NCBI GenBank assembly: GCA_044226015.1
Contig: JBGAHS010000006.1
Span: 579,722-643,721, forward strand
From: Candidatus Obscuribacteraceae bacterium
GTDB taxonomy: Bacteria > Cyanobacteriota > Vampirovibrionia > Obscuribacterales > Obscuribacteraceae
Length of the DNA stretch: 64,000 nucleotides
Reading direction: 5' to 3'
How positions within the stretch are numbered: the stretch's first letter is position 1; the number at the start of each line of letters is the position of its first letter. Of the stretch, positions 18,873-27,812 are shown piece by piece. Below the pieces are notes generated by a model. It was given only the letters and a program-made list of their open reading frames with translations. It did no database searches and had not been told where the DNA came from. A program made the translations under genes and the position numbers.

Positions 18873-20000
18873 CTAACCTGCTTGTTCGCTGCCCATGGCG
18901 GAAGGCTCTTCAATCTCACTGGGTGGCGGCTTCATATGCGATGCCATATAGACGATTCCACCAATTAGGCTCTGCATGGTGGTCAAAATTAACCACATCA
19001 GGGCATAGGTGACTGCATGGCCTTTGTCTATGCCAATCATCATCAAGAAGTAGGTATAAGCCCATTCTCTGATACCAATTCCGTTAAAGCTTGGGGTTAC
19101 AAATCCGAGAACAGCAACCGATGGATAGAACACAAAGCAGTACCAGAGCGGAATGTCGAGACCGAGTGCGAGACCCACAGTGTAATGGCAAACCACTAAC
19201 ATGGCTTGCGAGAAGAATGACCAGAGAAGTGAAACTGGAATTAGTTTTTTTTCTTCCCAAAATAGTTTCGCGGAAGATTCAGTGAACTGACGGGTTATCC
19301 AATTTCTCTCACCGAGAACAAGCTTACAGAGCTGCGGTGCAAATGGTAGGACGCAGAAGATTCCGAAGGTGCCGAGATAAATTGGCCATTTAAGTTGCCA
19401 GGGGAGATTGGATGCTCCTGGACTCAAAGTGATACCAAGAGAGGCACATAAGAAAAGTACACTCACTCCAGTTGCGCGATCAGCTAGCACAGAGTAGAAG
19501 CCCTCTTTGTACAGCTTGGTGCCTTTTGTCAAGTAATAACAACGACTGACATCACCGCCAACGGTTGAAGGCAAGAAAAGATTGAAAAAGAAACCAACGA
19601 AGTAGTAGCGAATCAGCTCGCCAAGTGGACGGTACATGCCGAGAGCACCGGCCAGAATCTGCCATCTGCGAGCCATCGGCAGCACAGAAGCGAGGATGAG
19701 TGCCAGCGTGCCGCCCAGCATCCACGGGTTCGAATGGAGAATAGTGTCAACAGATTTTTTTACATCAACTTTCCCAAATACAAAAAGGCTTGCGAACATG
19801 ATGATGCTTGCAAGAACTTTCAGTTTGAATTTGGTGGACTTAGACATTTTCTGCCTGATTTCTGATGCCTTTTCGAGAGCACGCCAACTGGTCGCGCTCT
19901 GACCTTGAAGCATCGTAGCATCTGAATTGCCGGAATCGCTCGCTTTATCCCGACTTAACTCGCTTGTCACCATGGCAGCTCTGCCGTCCCCTTTTCGCAC
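18873..20000 (-). CDS. lysylphosphatidylglycerol synthase TM / flippase-like (UPF0104) protein
   Basis: RW..L, FFNLFLPSTVGGDVSR, DR, PSFNGIGIRE; multiple TM helices; start uncertain. Confidence 0.85.
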   Translation of the reverse strand: MRKGDGRAAMVTSELSRDKASDSGNSDATMLQGQSATSWRALEKASEIRQKMSKSTKFKLKVLASIIMFASLFVFGKVDVKKSVDTILHSNPWMLGGTLALILASVLPMARRWQILAGALGMYRPLGELIRYYFVGFFFNLFLPSTVGGDVSRCYYLTKGTKLYKEGFYSVLADRATGVSVLFLCASLGITLSPGASNLPWQLKWPIYLGTFGIFCVLPFAPQLCKLVLGERNWITRQFTESSAKLFWEEKKLIPVSLLWSFFSQAMLVVCHYTVGLALGLDIPLWYCFVFYPSVAVLGFVTPSFNGIGIREWAYTYFLMMIGIDKGHAVTYALMWLILTTMQSLIGGIVYMASHMKPPPSEIEEPSAMGSEQAG

Positions 20001-20373
20001 AAAACCTTGTGCCAGTTAATTAGGAAGTTAATCTACGACAAGCATGTTAAGGGACTGAGGGGCATGTTGAAAACCCAATAAATTTAATCCTGTTTCTTTT
20101 GCGGGCTAATGACAACAAAATCAGAGCCCGACCTTGCAACAGTAACTTTGCCAAGGATTTTCGTAGACAGGGCTGTCAATATTTTTCGATATTTCTGCGA
20201 AACAATAGTGTTCAAGCACTCGTCGAATAGGCAGTTCAGAGGTAGAATTAATTATCCTGAAGCTAGCTCGTAACTTCACAGTTTTGCTGAGTTAGCCCTT
20301 TGTGGAATAGGATTAGAATAGGAATTCGTTCTATTGCTGAGCTTGTTCTCAAGTATCAGACTCGAGGAAAGAA

Positions 20374-21741
20374 ATGGCGCAACAAAGTACCCGTAGTAAA
20401 TGGCTCCTCAGAATAAGTACTCTTGCGATTTGTGGTATCGCAGGTTTTGGCTACCTGAACTGGAAGGGACAGAGTTCCATTCCGACAATTGAGCCAGCTA
20501 TCGCCCAAGAACGATCTAGAAAAGAAATTGCTCCAGTAGACCTCTATCACAGAGCGTGGCAGATAATTAAGGACACGTATTACGACCAGAAATTTGCCGG
20601 ACAAAACTGGCAAAGATGGGAACACAAATACGATACGAAGATCAAAACTTCCGAAGACTCCCATAAGGCAATCGAGACCATGCTTGCCAGCTTGGGTGAC
20701 CCTTACACCAGATTTTTGAACGAAGAAAACTTCACGGACGAAAAGCAGCAAATTCAAGCTCGTCTTTCAGGTGTGGGCATGCAGCTTGGAATGAACAAAG
20801 AACACAAAGTAGTTGTCATTGCTCCTATAACTGATACTCCTGCATATCGAGCAGGCTTACTGGCTGGTGACGAAATCATAGAAGTTGATGCAAAGCCGGT
20901 CAAAGGACAATCTCTCGACCAGGTTGTTAAACAAATCAGGGGCGAAAAAGGCACCAAGGTATCCATCACATATCTGCGCAAGAAAAAAGAAGACGTGAAA
21001 CGTGAAATCGTTTCGCTGGTGCGCGATGACATTCCAATCAAATCAGTTGAAACCTCAGAGATGTTACCAAGCGACCTCGGCTACATCAGATTGAGCAGCT
21101 TCATTTCTCAGAAAGCTAATGATGAAATGAAAGATGCGATTAGAAAGTTGCATGGTGCCAAAGGTTTGATTATTGACTTGCGCAATAATCCCGGTGGACT
21201 ACTTGCAAATGCAATCGACATAGCAAATATGTTCTTAGAGCGTGGTGTCATAGTTAGTACCATTGATGCTGATGGGTACAAAACATCGCAACTTGCTACG
21301 CGTTCATCTTTTAAGACTGATTTGCCTGTGGTGCTTCTTATTAACAAAGGAAGCGCAAGCGCTAGCGAAATTCTCAGTGGAGCATTGCGCGATAATCAAA
21401 GAGCTAAGTTGATCGGACAAACATCATTCGGAAAAGGTCTGGTTCAGGCAATCAACAATCTTGGAAATGGCACTGGTGTAAACGTCACAATCGCCAGGTA
21501 TCTGACACCTAACGACACCGACATTCATAAAACAGGCATCGTTCCTGACTATGAAGTCAAAGTTTCTGATGATGACTTTAACGCAGGCAAGGGTCCGTGG
21601 TGGTATGACCCAAGCATGACCAGCTTCCATCGTTCTCCTACTGATGGAAAAGACATGCAGCTTTCAAAAGCTATTGATGTGCTGAAGCAGCAAATCGCAA
21701 ATGGTCCCACAGTGACCGCTAACGAAACATCGAAAAACTAG
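20374..21741 (+). CDS. ctpA: S41 family C-terminal processing peptidase (PDZ + S41)
   Basis: LGDPYTRFL, GVGMQL PDZ, DLRNNPGGLL, SASASEI, FGKGLVQ. Confidence 0.93.
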   Translation: MAQQSTRSKWLLRISTLAICGIAGFGYLNWKGQSSIPTIEPAIAQERSRKEIAPVDLYHRAWQIIKDTYYDQKFAGQNWQRWEHKYDTKIKTSEDSHKAIETMLASLGDPYTRFLNEENFTDEKQQIQARLSGVGMQLGMNKEHKVVVIAPITDTPAYRAGLLAGDEIIEVDAKPVKGQSLDQVVKQIRGEKGTKVSITYLRKKKEDVKREIVSLVRDDIPIKSVETSEMLPSDLGYIRLSSFISQKANDEMKDAIRKLHGAKGLIIDLRNNPGGLLANAIDIANMFLERGVIVSTIDADGYKTSQLATRSSFKTDLPVVLLINKGSASASEILSGALRDNQRAKLIGQTSFGKGLVQAINNLGNGTGVNVTIARYLTPNDTDIHKTGIVPDYEVKVSDDDFNAGKGPWWYDPSMTSFHRSPTDGKDMQLSKAIDVLKQQIANGPTVTANETSKN

Positions 21742-21765
21742 AAGCTAGAGAATCGTCTTAATATT

Positions 21766-21809
21766 GAAGTAAGAGGAAGTATGAAAGTGCTTCCTCTTAT
21801 TTCTTCTTC
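21766..21809 (+). terminator. intrinsic terminator
   Basis: GAAGTAAGAGGAAGTAT-GAAA-GTGCTTCCTCTTATTTC, a 17-bp stem (with G-U pairs) followed by a pyrimidine tract. Confidence 0.75.
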
Positions 21810-21890
21810 AAGTAATTGCGCAAGCATCCACTCATTGCAAAAGCGCTCAGAATCAACTTCCGCAGTGAAAAATAAATTTGTTAGCGGCGA

Positions 21891-22472
21891 CTAGCAGTCA
21901 ATGCCTTCTAATGCTCGTCCATGATGCTTAAGCTGAATGGTACTGCTAATGGTGGTAGCTTGCTCCATCAACCAATCTGGTGCTTTGCGCCCAGTAAGAA
22001 GCAAAAGGGTCGGGTCACACCGTTTTGAAAGCGCTTCACGCACTTCATCCCAACTGACCAGATTTACACGCGCGACATCTAACAACTCATCGGCAATAAC
22101 CAGCTCGTCTTTTCGTGCAAAAGCTTCGGAAATCAAGGAAAGACCACGCCTTGCCTCTTCTTTGTCTTCTTCGAGAATACCATTTGGAGAACTGTAAAAG
22201 CGAAAGCTGCCACCAGGGCCGGAGCCAATTCTATTCACTCCCGTGTAGTGAACACTTAATTTTCCGAAGCCAGCCTCCGACATCGAAGAGAGAAGATGAA
22301 GCGCTTTTCCCTCACTACTGTTGGCTTCGAGCTTATCGAAAAAAACAATACTCACATTCATACCCTTGGATAGTGCTCTGATAGCAACTCCAAAAGTGGC
22401 GGTTGTCTTCCCGCATCCTGTGCCAAGATAAAGCCTGATTCTCTCTTGCTCCGTTGTCTCAAGACTTGTCAT
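21891..22472 (-). CDS. cobO: cob(I)yrinic acid a,c-diamide adenosyltransferase (CobO/BtuR family), divergent
   Basis: YLGTGCGKTTATFG.AIRAL, LVIADEL, LLLTGRKAP, C-terminal GIDC. Confidence 0.75.
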   Translation of the reverse strand: MTSLETTEQERIRLYLGTGCGKTTATFGVAIRALSKGMNVSIVFFDKLEANSSEGKALHLLSSMSEAGFGKLSVHYTGVNRIGSGPGGSFRFYSSPNGILEEDKEEARRGLSLISEAFARKDELVIADELLDVARVNLVSWDEVREALSKRCDPTLLLLTGRKAPDWLMEQATTISSTIQLKHHGRALEGIDC

Positions 22473-22527
22473 GCGTATCTCCTGCCTGCTGGCACAATTT
22501 TAGTTGGGAAAAGGTCTTCCAACCAAG

Positions 22528-22917
22528 TTACTTATTTTCAGTTTCGGGCTTTAACGGTTTTGGATGTCCGTCACTACCTACGGCAACAAAAGTGAGTTCA
22601 GCTTCTGTAACTCTGACCTCCTCGCCTTGCCGATTTACATCAACATCTACGGAAACGGTCACTGAGGTTCTTCCAATTTTTACGGTCGAAGTGTAGAAAC
22701 TGACAACCTCTCCTACCAGAACAGGTTGTTTAAAAACAACTTCTTTCATAGCTACAGTGACAATCCGTTCCTTTGTATGTTTCTTAGCTTCCACCGCACC
22801 GGCAAGGTCGATGTGGCTGAGAATAATGCCACCAAATATCGTGCCATTGGCATTGGTATCTTTTGGCAGTAATACGATTCTGATTGCTGGATCTTTTCTG
22901 GATGACTCTGAACTCAT
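22528..22917 (-). CDS. acyl-CoA thioesterase (hotdog, YciA-like)
   Basis: PKDTNANGTIFGG...DLAG, VTVA...F..PV.VG, GRTS. Confidence 0.92.
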   Translation of the reverse strand: MSSESSRKDPAIRIVLLPKDTNANGTIFGGIILSHIDLAGAVEAKKHTKERIVTVAMKEVVFKQPVLVGEVVSFYTSTVKIGRTSVTVSVDVDVNRQGEEVRVTEAELTFVAVGSDGHPKPLKPETENK

Positions 22918-23129
22918 TTTTCATTCTCGTTGACTAGCCTGGATCTTAGCCATTCACTCAGTCTGAATTTGGGTCATCAAAATGAACTCGAACAAATTTT
23001 TACTTGTTGAAAACCATCATCTCTTGATATCAAATTTTATGCTGTCAGCATTGTCATGAAAACTTTGCGTTATTCCAAGACTACGCTATAATCGCAGACG
23101 GGTTACGATCCACTTACTATAGGTCTGAC

Positions 23130-24320
23130 GTGCTAAAAACGAAGTCTGATAAGTATTCCAAATACTGTTTGCTTGGTGCGCTCGCATTGCTGCCACTGGC
23201 ATATAGCTTCGGGGTAACTCCTGCTGCAGCTGCAGAAATAGCGCAGGCGATACCATCGGTGACACCAGCCGGAATTTATAATCAAAATTCAGCATCGGGT
23301 CAATTAGGCGAAGCAATCGACAAAGCCTCTCAGGACTCTACAGCAGTAGTTTCTGAGACAGCTCCAATCAACTTGCCACGAGTTGATGCAATAAGTGCGA
23401 CTGGAAGCGTCACTGACAACGAGTCGCGCATGATTGCTGAAGCATCAGGTGCGACCAGTCCTGATTCCAATACAGTAGACCTCGCACCCGTAAAATTGCC
23501 AGAACGAACAACGGCAGTTTTCCAGTCGAATCAATTTCAAACTGGTCTTTTATATAAGCTTCCAGCACGAATGTTTTTATTGTCTACAACAGAAAATAGT
23601 TTGAGACTTGAAACAAACGTTTTTCAAACACTTCATCGTAATCGCGCGGACATGGTTTACCGTGTGCTGCCAAACGTCACAATAGGTTATGCACTTACGA
23701 AGCGCACACGCGTCTCAGCTAACTACTTCTATCTAAAAGACCAATACACCAGAAACTCACACATCTTGAGTCGTAATATTCACTCAATCGGTGTGCAACT
23801 TCAACACGATATTCCACTGACAGAAAGAACAAATTTGACTGCTGGAATCATGGGCAGACAACTATTGCTTAGCCGCAGTCAACCTTTATCTGATATTTTG
23901 CCATCACTTCAGTTGACTCATAGAGTTGGAAACAACGGTGTCATATACGGTGGCGTTCTGGGACAAATTCGTTTCAGAAACACTCTGGGCAAATTCCAGG
24001 AAGGCGACCAGTTCTATAACTTCGGTGGAGTTTACAGAACACCTCGCTGGCAATTCCTCTTTGACAATACTTTCATCACTAACTTTGGAAATCGCAGATT
24101 GCGTTTTGGTCCAAACAACCAGAACTGGATCATGACACTACAAGCTGATTACAAAGTCAGCCCGAAACTGCCGTTGATCGCTTTCGTCAGAGCAGAACCA
24201 ATCTTCAATATTGGTGCTAATCAGGCGATAGGTTTTGCCGGATTCAACTTCAGAATCATGGGCGGTCTGCGTATAGACCTGGCTAAAGCTCCAGTTTTCC
24301 CAATCAAAACTGCTAAGTAA
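23130..24320 (+). CDS. hypothetical outer-membrane beta-barrel protein
   Basis: Signal peptide, low-complexity linker, then about 250 aa of alternating amphipathic strands (VTIGYAL, RVSANYFY, IGVQLQHD, FGGVYR, LQADYKV, IMGGLRIDL). Confidence 0.7.
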   Translation: MLKTKSDKYSKYCLLGALALLPLAYSFGVTPAAAAEIAQAIPSVTPAGIYNQNSASGQLGEAIDKASQDSTAVVSETAPINLPRVDAISATGSVTDNESRMIAEASGATSPDSNTVDLAPVKLPERTTAVFQSNQFQTGLLYKLPARMFLLSTTENSLRLETNVFQTLHRNRADMVYRVLPNVTIGYALTKRTRVSANYFYLKDQYTRNSHILSRNIHSIGVQLQHDIPLTERTNLTAGIMGRQLLLSRSQPLSDILPSLQLTHRVGNNGVIYGGVLGQIRFRNTLGKFQEGDQFYNFGGVYRTPRWQFLFDNTFITNFGNRRLRFGPNNQNWIMTLQADYKVSPKLPLIAFVRAEPIFNIGANQAIGFAGFNFRIMGGLRIDLAKAPVFPIKTAK

Positions 24321-24368
24321 AAGTCCAGCAAACCATCTAAACCTGAGACGACTAAACGAGTACTTCGA

Positions 24369-27300
24369 CTAGCTTTCGCCTATGAGTTGGAAGGCAGACC
24401 AATATCTTGGATTGGCCCGCACGCGTTCGGCTGCTGGCTTATTCGCATCAGCAGCAGTTCCGACACCATAATCTGAGCCTTCCATGAATTTGATGGTTTC
24501 AATCTGAGCTTGCCGAAGAGCTTTTGACTTACCTAGCGAGTTCAGGTAGCCCTTGTAGAATGCCTTCATTTGGAATTCTGTGATGATGTCGTCGACGTTC
24601 CATTGGCTGACGAGAACACTGGGAGTGCCTGCAATAATGAATGCTCTTGAAAGACCTACGACACCATCACCGGTGATTTTTCCTCGACCAGTTTGACAGG
24701 CTGAAAGCACAACAAGTTTTGCTTTCAGTTCCTTCATAGCTAGAATGTCTTTCACAGAAAGTAGTCCATCATCACCCCTGGTCGGAGCAAGCACCAGTGA
24801 AGATTGCATGGGGTGTTCTTCATCGACAAGACCGTGAGTAGCAAGGTGCACATCGGTAAACTTCGGAGCCAACTCTTCAAAGGTTTTCTTGTTTGCGTCT
24901 TGGCCGATTTTCACAACGGCATTGCCCTCACCAAACAGAGTGGCAATGTTCTGAACTTCTTTTTCAGAATAAGGAAGCGTTCCAAGAAACTCAATTGCCT
25001 TGGTTATCGGATTACCAAAAGCCAACAATTTATTGGGTTGCGAAGCCATGGTCTCTTCAATTTTTTGCGTGGCGCGCATCACACCAATAGCAGGCATATA
25101 GCTGATTGTGTGTTTCTCAACAAAATACTTTTTGTCTTCCGATTGCAATGCAGCAAAGGGAATCATAAACATCGGTCCGTGGGGAACTATCGTCACGAGA
25201 CTGTTTTCATCCTTAGGCAAAAGTGGCTCGACAGGCTTGAGAAAGATCTCGTACATTTCCCGTAGATTTTGTTGCCTTCGCTTTCCAACGGTCGCTACTT
25301 CTTCGGCAGACTTCGGCTGGTGAATTATCGACTCATAAGCCAAAGATACCCTTTCAGATAACTGCTGCTGATTGAGTGGAATCGGCGGAAGCATATGGAT
25401 GGTCGTGTCAGGATCAATCACCCAGACAACGATTTTGTCTTGAAGCATGTAATACTCAACCAGAGTAGATTTGCTGTTCTTAACTAAAGCCTTGATTTCA
25501 TCAATGTCGGGTGCCTTTGCATTTACTGGTGAAACCGCCGAAGAATTATAAATTTCGCTAGCTCGAGGAATTACACTGACGCCACGTGTGCCCGCTTCTG
25601 GTTTAGCCATCGCCATTAGAGTGCTGGCAGATGAGGACGGAGCTCCGGTGCTACGACTCGAAAGAGGACCCGCGAAAGATTCAACTTTTCGCCCTTGTTT
25701 CTTACTGCTGAGCATATCTAAGAAAGCTCTAGCTCGACCCTTCTCAGCTACAGCAAGGGCATCGTAAGGTCGTTTCAGCCTGATATAAAGATCAACCAAT
25801 TCAAGAAAACAATCATTTCTCAAATCGAGATTGTGAGTTTTGAAACTGTCTCTGGTGAGTCGTCCACGCTCTTGCTCAACCAGATCTACGGCTTTTGTCA
25901 GGTGAATCAAGGCCATATCATTGAGTCCAAGGCGTTTCGACGCTTTTCCCAAACCGAGGTGCGAGTCCCACTGAGCTTCAACTTCTCGGCTATTATCGGC
26001 AAGTTGCAGGGCTCTTTCGTAATAGGGCATCGCTTGTTGCGGGTGATTCGATAAGAGCCCCTCAAGTCCCAGCCCTCTGAGAATCTTTCCCTCAGAGCCC
26101 ACATCGCCCGTTCCCTGAATATTCGCGAGTGCTGCCGAATAATGTTTGTTTGCTTCTTCGAACTTACCTTCAGTAATCATGTACTGCGCATAGTTGTAGT
26201 CAAGAATGGCCAGGTCTCGCTTATCATCAAGATCGGCATAAATGGTTTTTGCTTGTGAATAATAGCGATTAAATTCAGATGTGTTTTTATTGTCTAGCGC
26301 AAGCACCGCCAGAGAGTTCAAAGCAAGCGCTTGGCTCTGGTTATCGCCCATGTCTTGGAAAAGTTTGAATGCCTCAGTATAGTATTTTTCTGCTGATTCT
26401 ACTTGTCCCAAAGCTTTATAACAGCGCCCGATTGCCATCAAATAAGTACCCTTATTCGCAGCGCCCAGGCTACCACCTTCCAATAATTTCTCCCCATCAA
26501 GAAGGCGGTACAAACCTGCCTCAGGATAGCCGCTCAAGAGCAAATCGTTACCAAGTTGCAGGACAGACTCAAGTTCTCTCGATTTGTTTTTCAAAGTAGC
26601 CGAAAGATCGTGCGCTTTGTTGTGAATCTTCTGCGCCTCGTCGAAATGCCCAAGGTCAGCTTCCGAGCTGCCCAAACCGATCAAAACAGACAACTTCATA
26701 TCAGTATCTGGTTCATCTTTTAGAGCGTCGTATCCTTGTTGATAAGAATCTCTAGCCTCCTGGATCTTATGCATTTCAAAAAATGTTTCACCAAGACCCC
26801 AGCAAGCATTGGCTTCTGATTCAGGATCTAAATCTTGTTTGAAAACTTCAATGGCTTTTTTGTAAGCAAGCACTGCTTCCTGCAGGTTGCCCAGGTCATG
26901 TTGCACTCTAGCCAGATTGAGTAAAGCCAAACCTAATGAACGATCTTGCTCTCCTTGTTCTGACAATTCAAGCGCTTTCTTCAAGAGTTCGAGACTTGAT
27001 TTATTGTCTTTTTTGATACGAAAAACATTTGCCTGGTTGACGAGGCTGCCCATCTGAGCAGGAATATTCTTGTCTTTCGCGCCAAGTTCATAAGCCTGCT
27101 TGTAAAATGCATCAGCCTCGGCATACTTGCCTGCCTTGAACGCTAGAGTTCCGAGGCTATCGATAATAGTGGTGACGAAATCTTTCAAGTTAGCTTTGCT
27201 GGCTATTTGCAGTGCATTTTTGTATTCATCGATTGCTAACTGCTGCCGACCCTGAACCGCATAAAGTATGGCTAATGCTAGATGTGTCTTACAAGCCGAT

Positions 27301-27587
27301 TCTGCACGACTGAGATGTGCCTCAAATTCCAGTGACCGTTTCAAATATCTCTCAGCTCTGTCGTAGTCTTTGCAGTCGAAACATAATTTAGCTAGATCGT
27401 AAAGAGAGTCTGCGTGCTCGTCGTCTTTTCCCTTTTTCAACTTATCAAGAACCTCAGCCTCCATTTTCTGAATCTGTGGGTTCGACGAGGAAGGCAAATC
27501 GCTATCAGCAGCAATGGCAATATTGCCGCAAGCTAGAACGGCTGCAATTGCACAAAGGATGATTCTTTTACTTGTTTTGCTAATCAC
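24369..27587 (-). CDS. exported TPR-repeat CHAT-domain (caspase/HetF-like) protease
   Basis: Signal peptide; more than 10 TPRs; AEKGRARAFLD; IVPHGP...PFAAL; catalytic HLATHG and VLSACQTG; SQWNVDD; PRYWSAF. Confidence 0.93.
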   Translation of the reverse strand: MISKTSKRIILCAIAAVLACGNIAIAADSDLPSSSNPQIQKMEAEVLDKLKKGKDDEHADSLYDLAKLCFDCKDYDRAERYLKRSLEFEAHLSRAESACKTHLALAILYAVQGRQQLAIDEYKNALQIASKANLKDFVTTIIDSLGTLAFKAGKYAEADAFYKQAYELGAKDKNIPAQMGSLVNQANVFRIKKDNKSSLELLKKALELSEQGEQDRSLGLALLNLARVQHDLGNLQEAVLAYKKAIEVFKQDLDPESEANACWGLGETFFEMHKIQEARDSYQQGYDALKDEPDTDMKLSVLIGLGSSEADLGHFDEAQKIHNKAHDLSATLKNKSRELESVLQLGNDLLLSGYPEAGLYRLLDGEKLLEGGSLGAANKGTYLMAIGRCYKALGQVESAEKYYTEAFKLFQDMGDNQSQALALNSLAVLALDNKNTSEFNRYYSQAKTIYADLDDKRDLAILDYNYAQYMITEGKFEEANKHYSAALANIQGTGDVGSEGKILRGLGLEGLLSNHPQQAMPYYERALQLADNSREVEAQWDSHLGLGKASKRLGLNDMALIHLTKAVDLVEQERGRLTRDSFKTHNLDLRNDCFLELVDLYIRLKRPYDALAVAEKGRARAFLDMLSSKKQGRKVESFAGPLSSRSTGAPSSSASTLMAMAKPEAGTRGVSVIPRASEIYNSSAVSPVNAKAPDIDEIKALVKNSKSTLVEYYMLQDKIVVWVIDPDTTIHMLPPIPLNQQQLSERVSLAYESIIHQPKSAEEVATVGKRRQQNLREMYEIFLKPVEPLLPKDENSLVTIVPHGPMFMIPFAALQSEDKKYFVEKHTISYMPAIGVMRATQKIEETMASQPNKLLAFGNPITKAIEFLGTLPYSEKEVQNIATLFGEGNAVVKIGQDANKKTFEELAPKFTDVHLATHGLVDEEHPMQSSLVLAPTRGDDGLLSVKDILAMKELKAKLVVLSACQTGRGKITGDGVVGLSRAFIIAGTPSVLVSQWNVDDIITEFQMKAFYKGYLNSLGKSKALRQAQIETIKFMEGSDYGVGTAADANKPAAERVRANPRYWSAFQLIGES

Positions 27588-27812
27588 TTGGGAGATTCCA
27601 AAATTTGGCGCTAATTTCGAATCATAGCAAATAGTCGTCCTGCCTAAATGTCTAGAAAACGCAGTAGTCGGAATATGAAGTCAAGCGAGTCTGAATCATC
27701 AAATCTCTTGGACAAGATCTATTTCATGCGAAATTAGCCACAATTGAAGAAATTTTGACTCGAAAGCCTTACTATTATCTGGTCTTGTAGCGGCAGAAGG
27801 TATATCTGATCG

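Noticed and set aside
24369..27587. CRISPR-associated Craspase (Csx29) assignment for the TPR-CHAT protein
   Set aside because: No cas genes or repeat-spacer array in the window, and the protein has a signal peptide.
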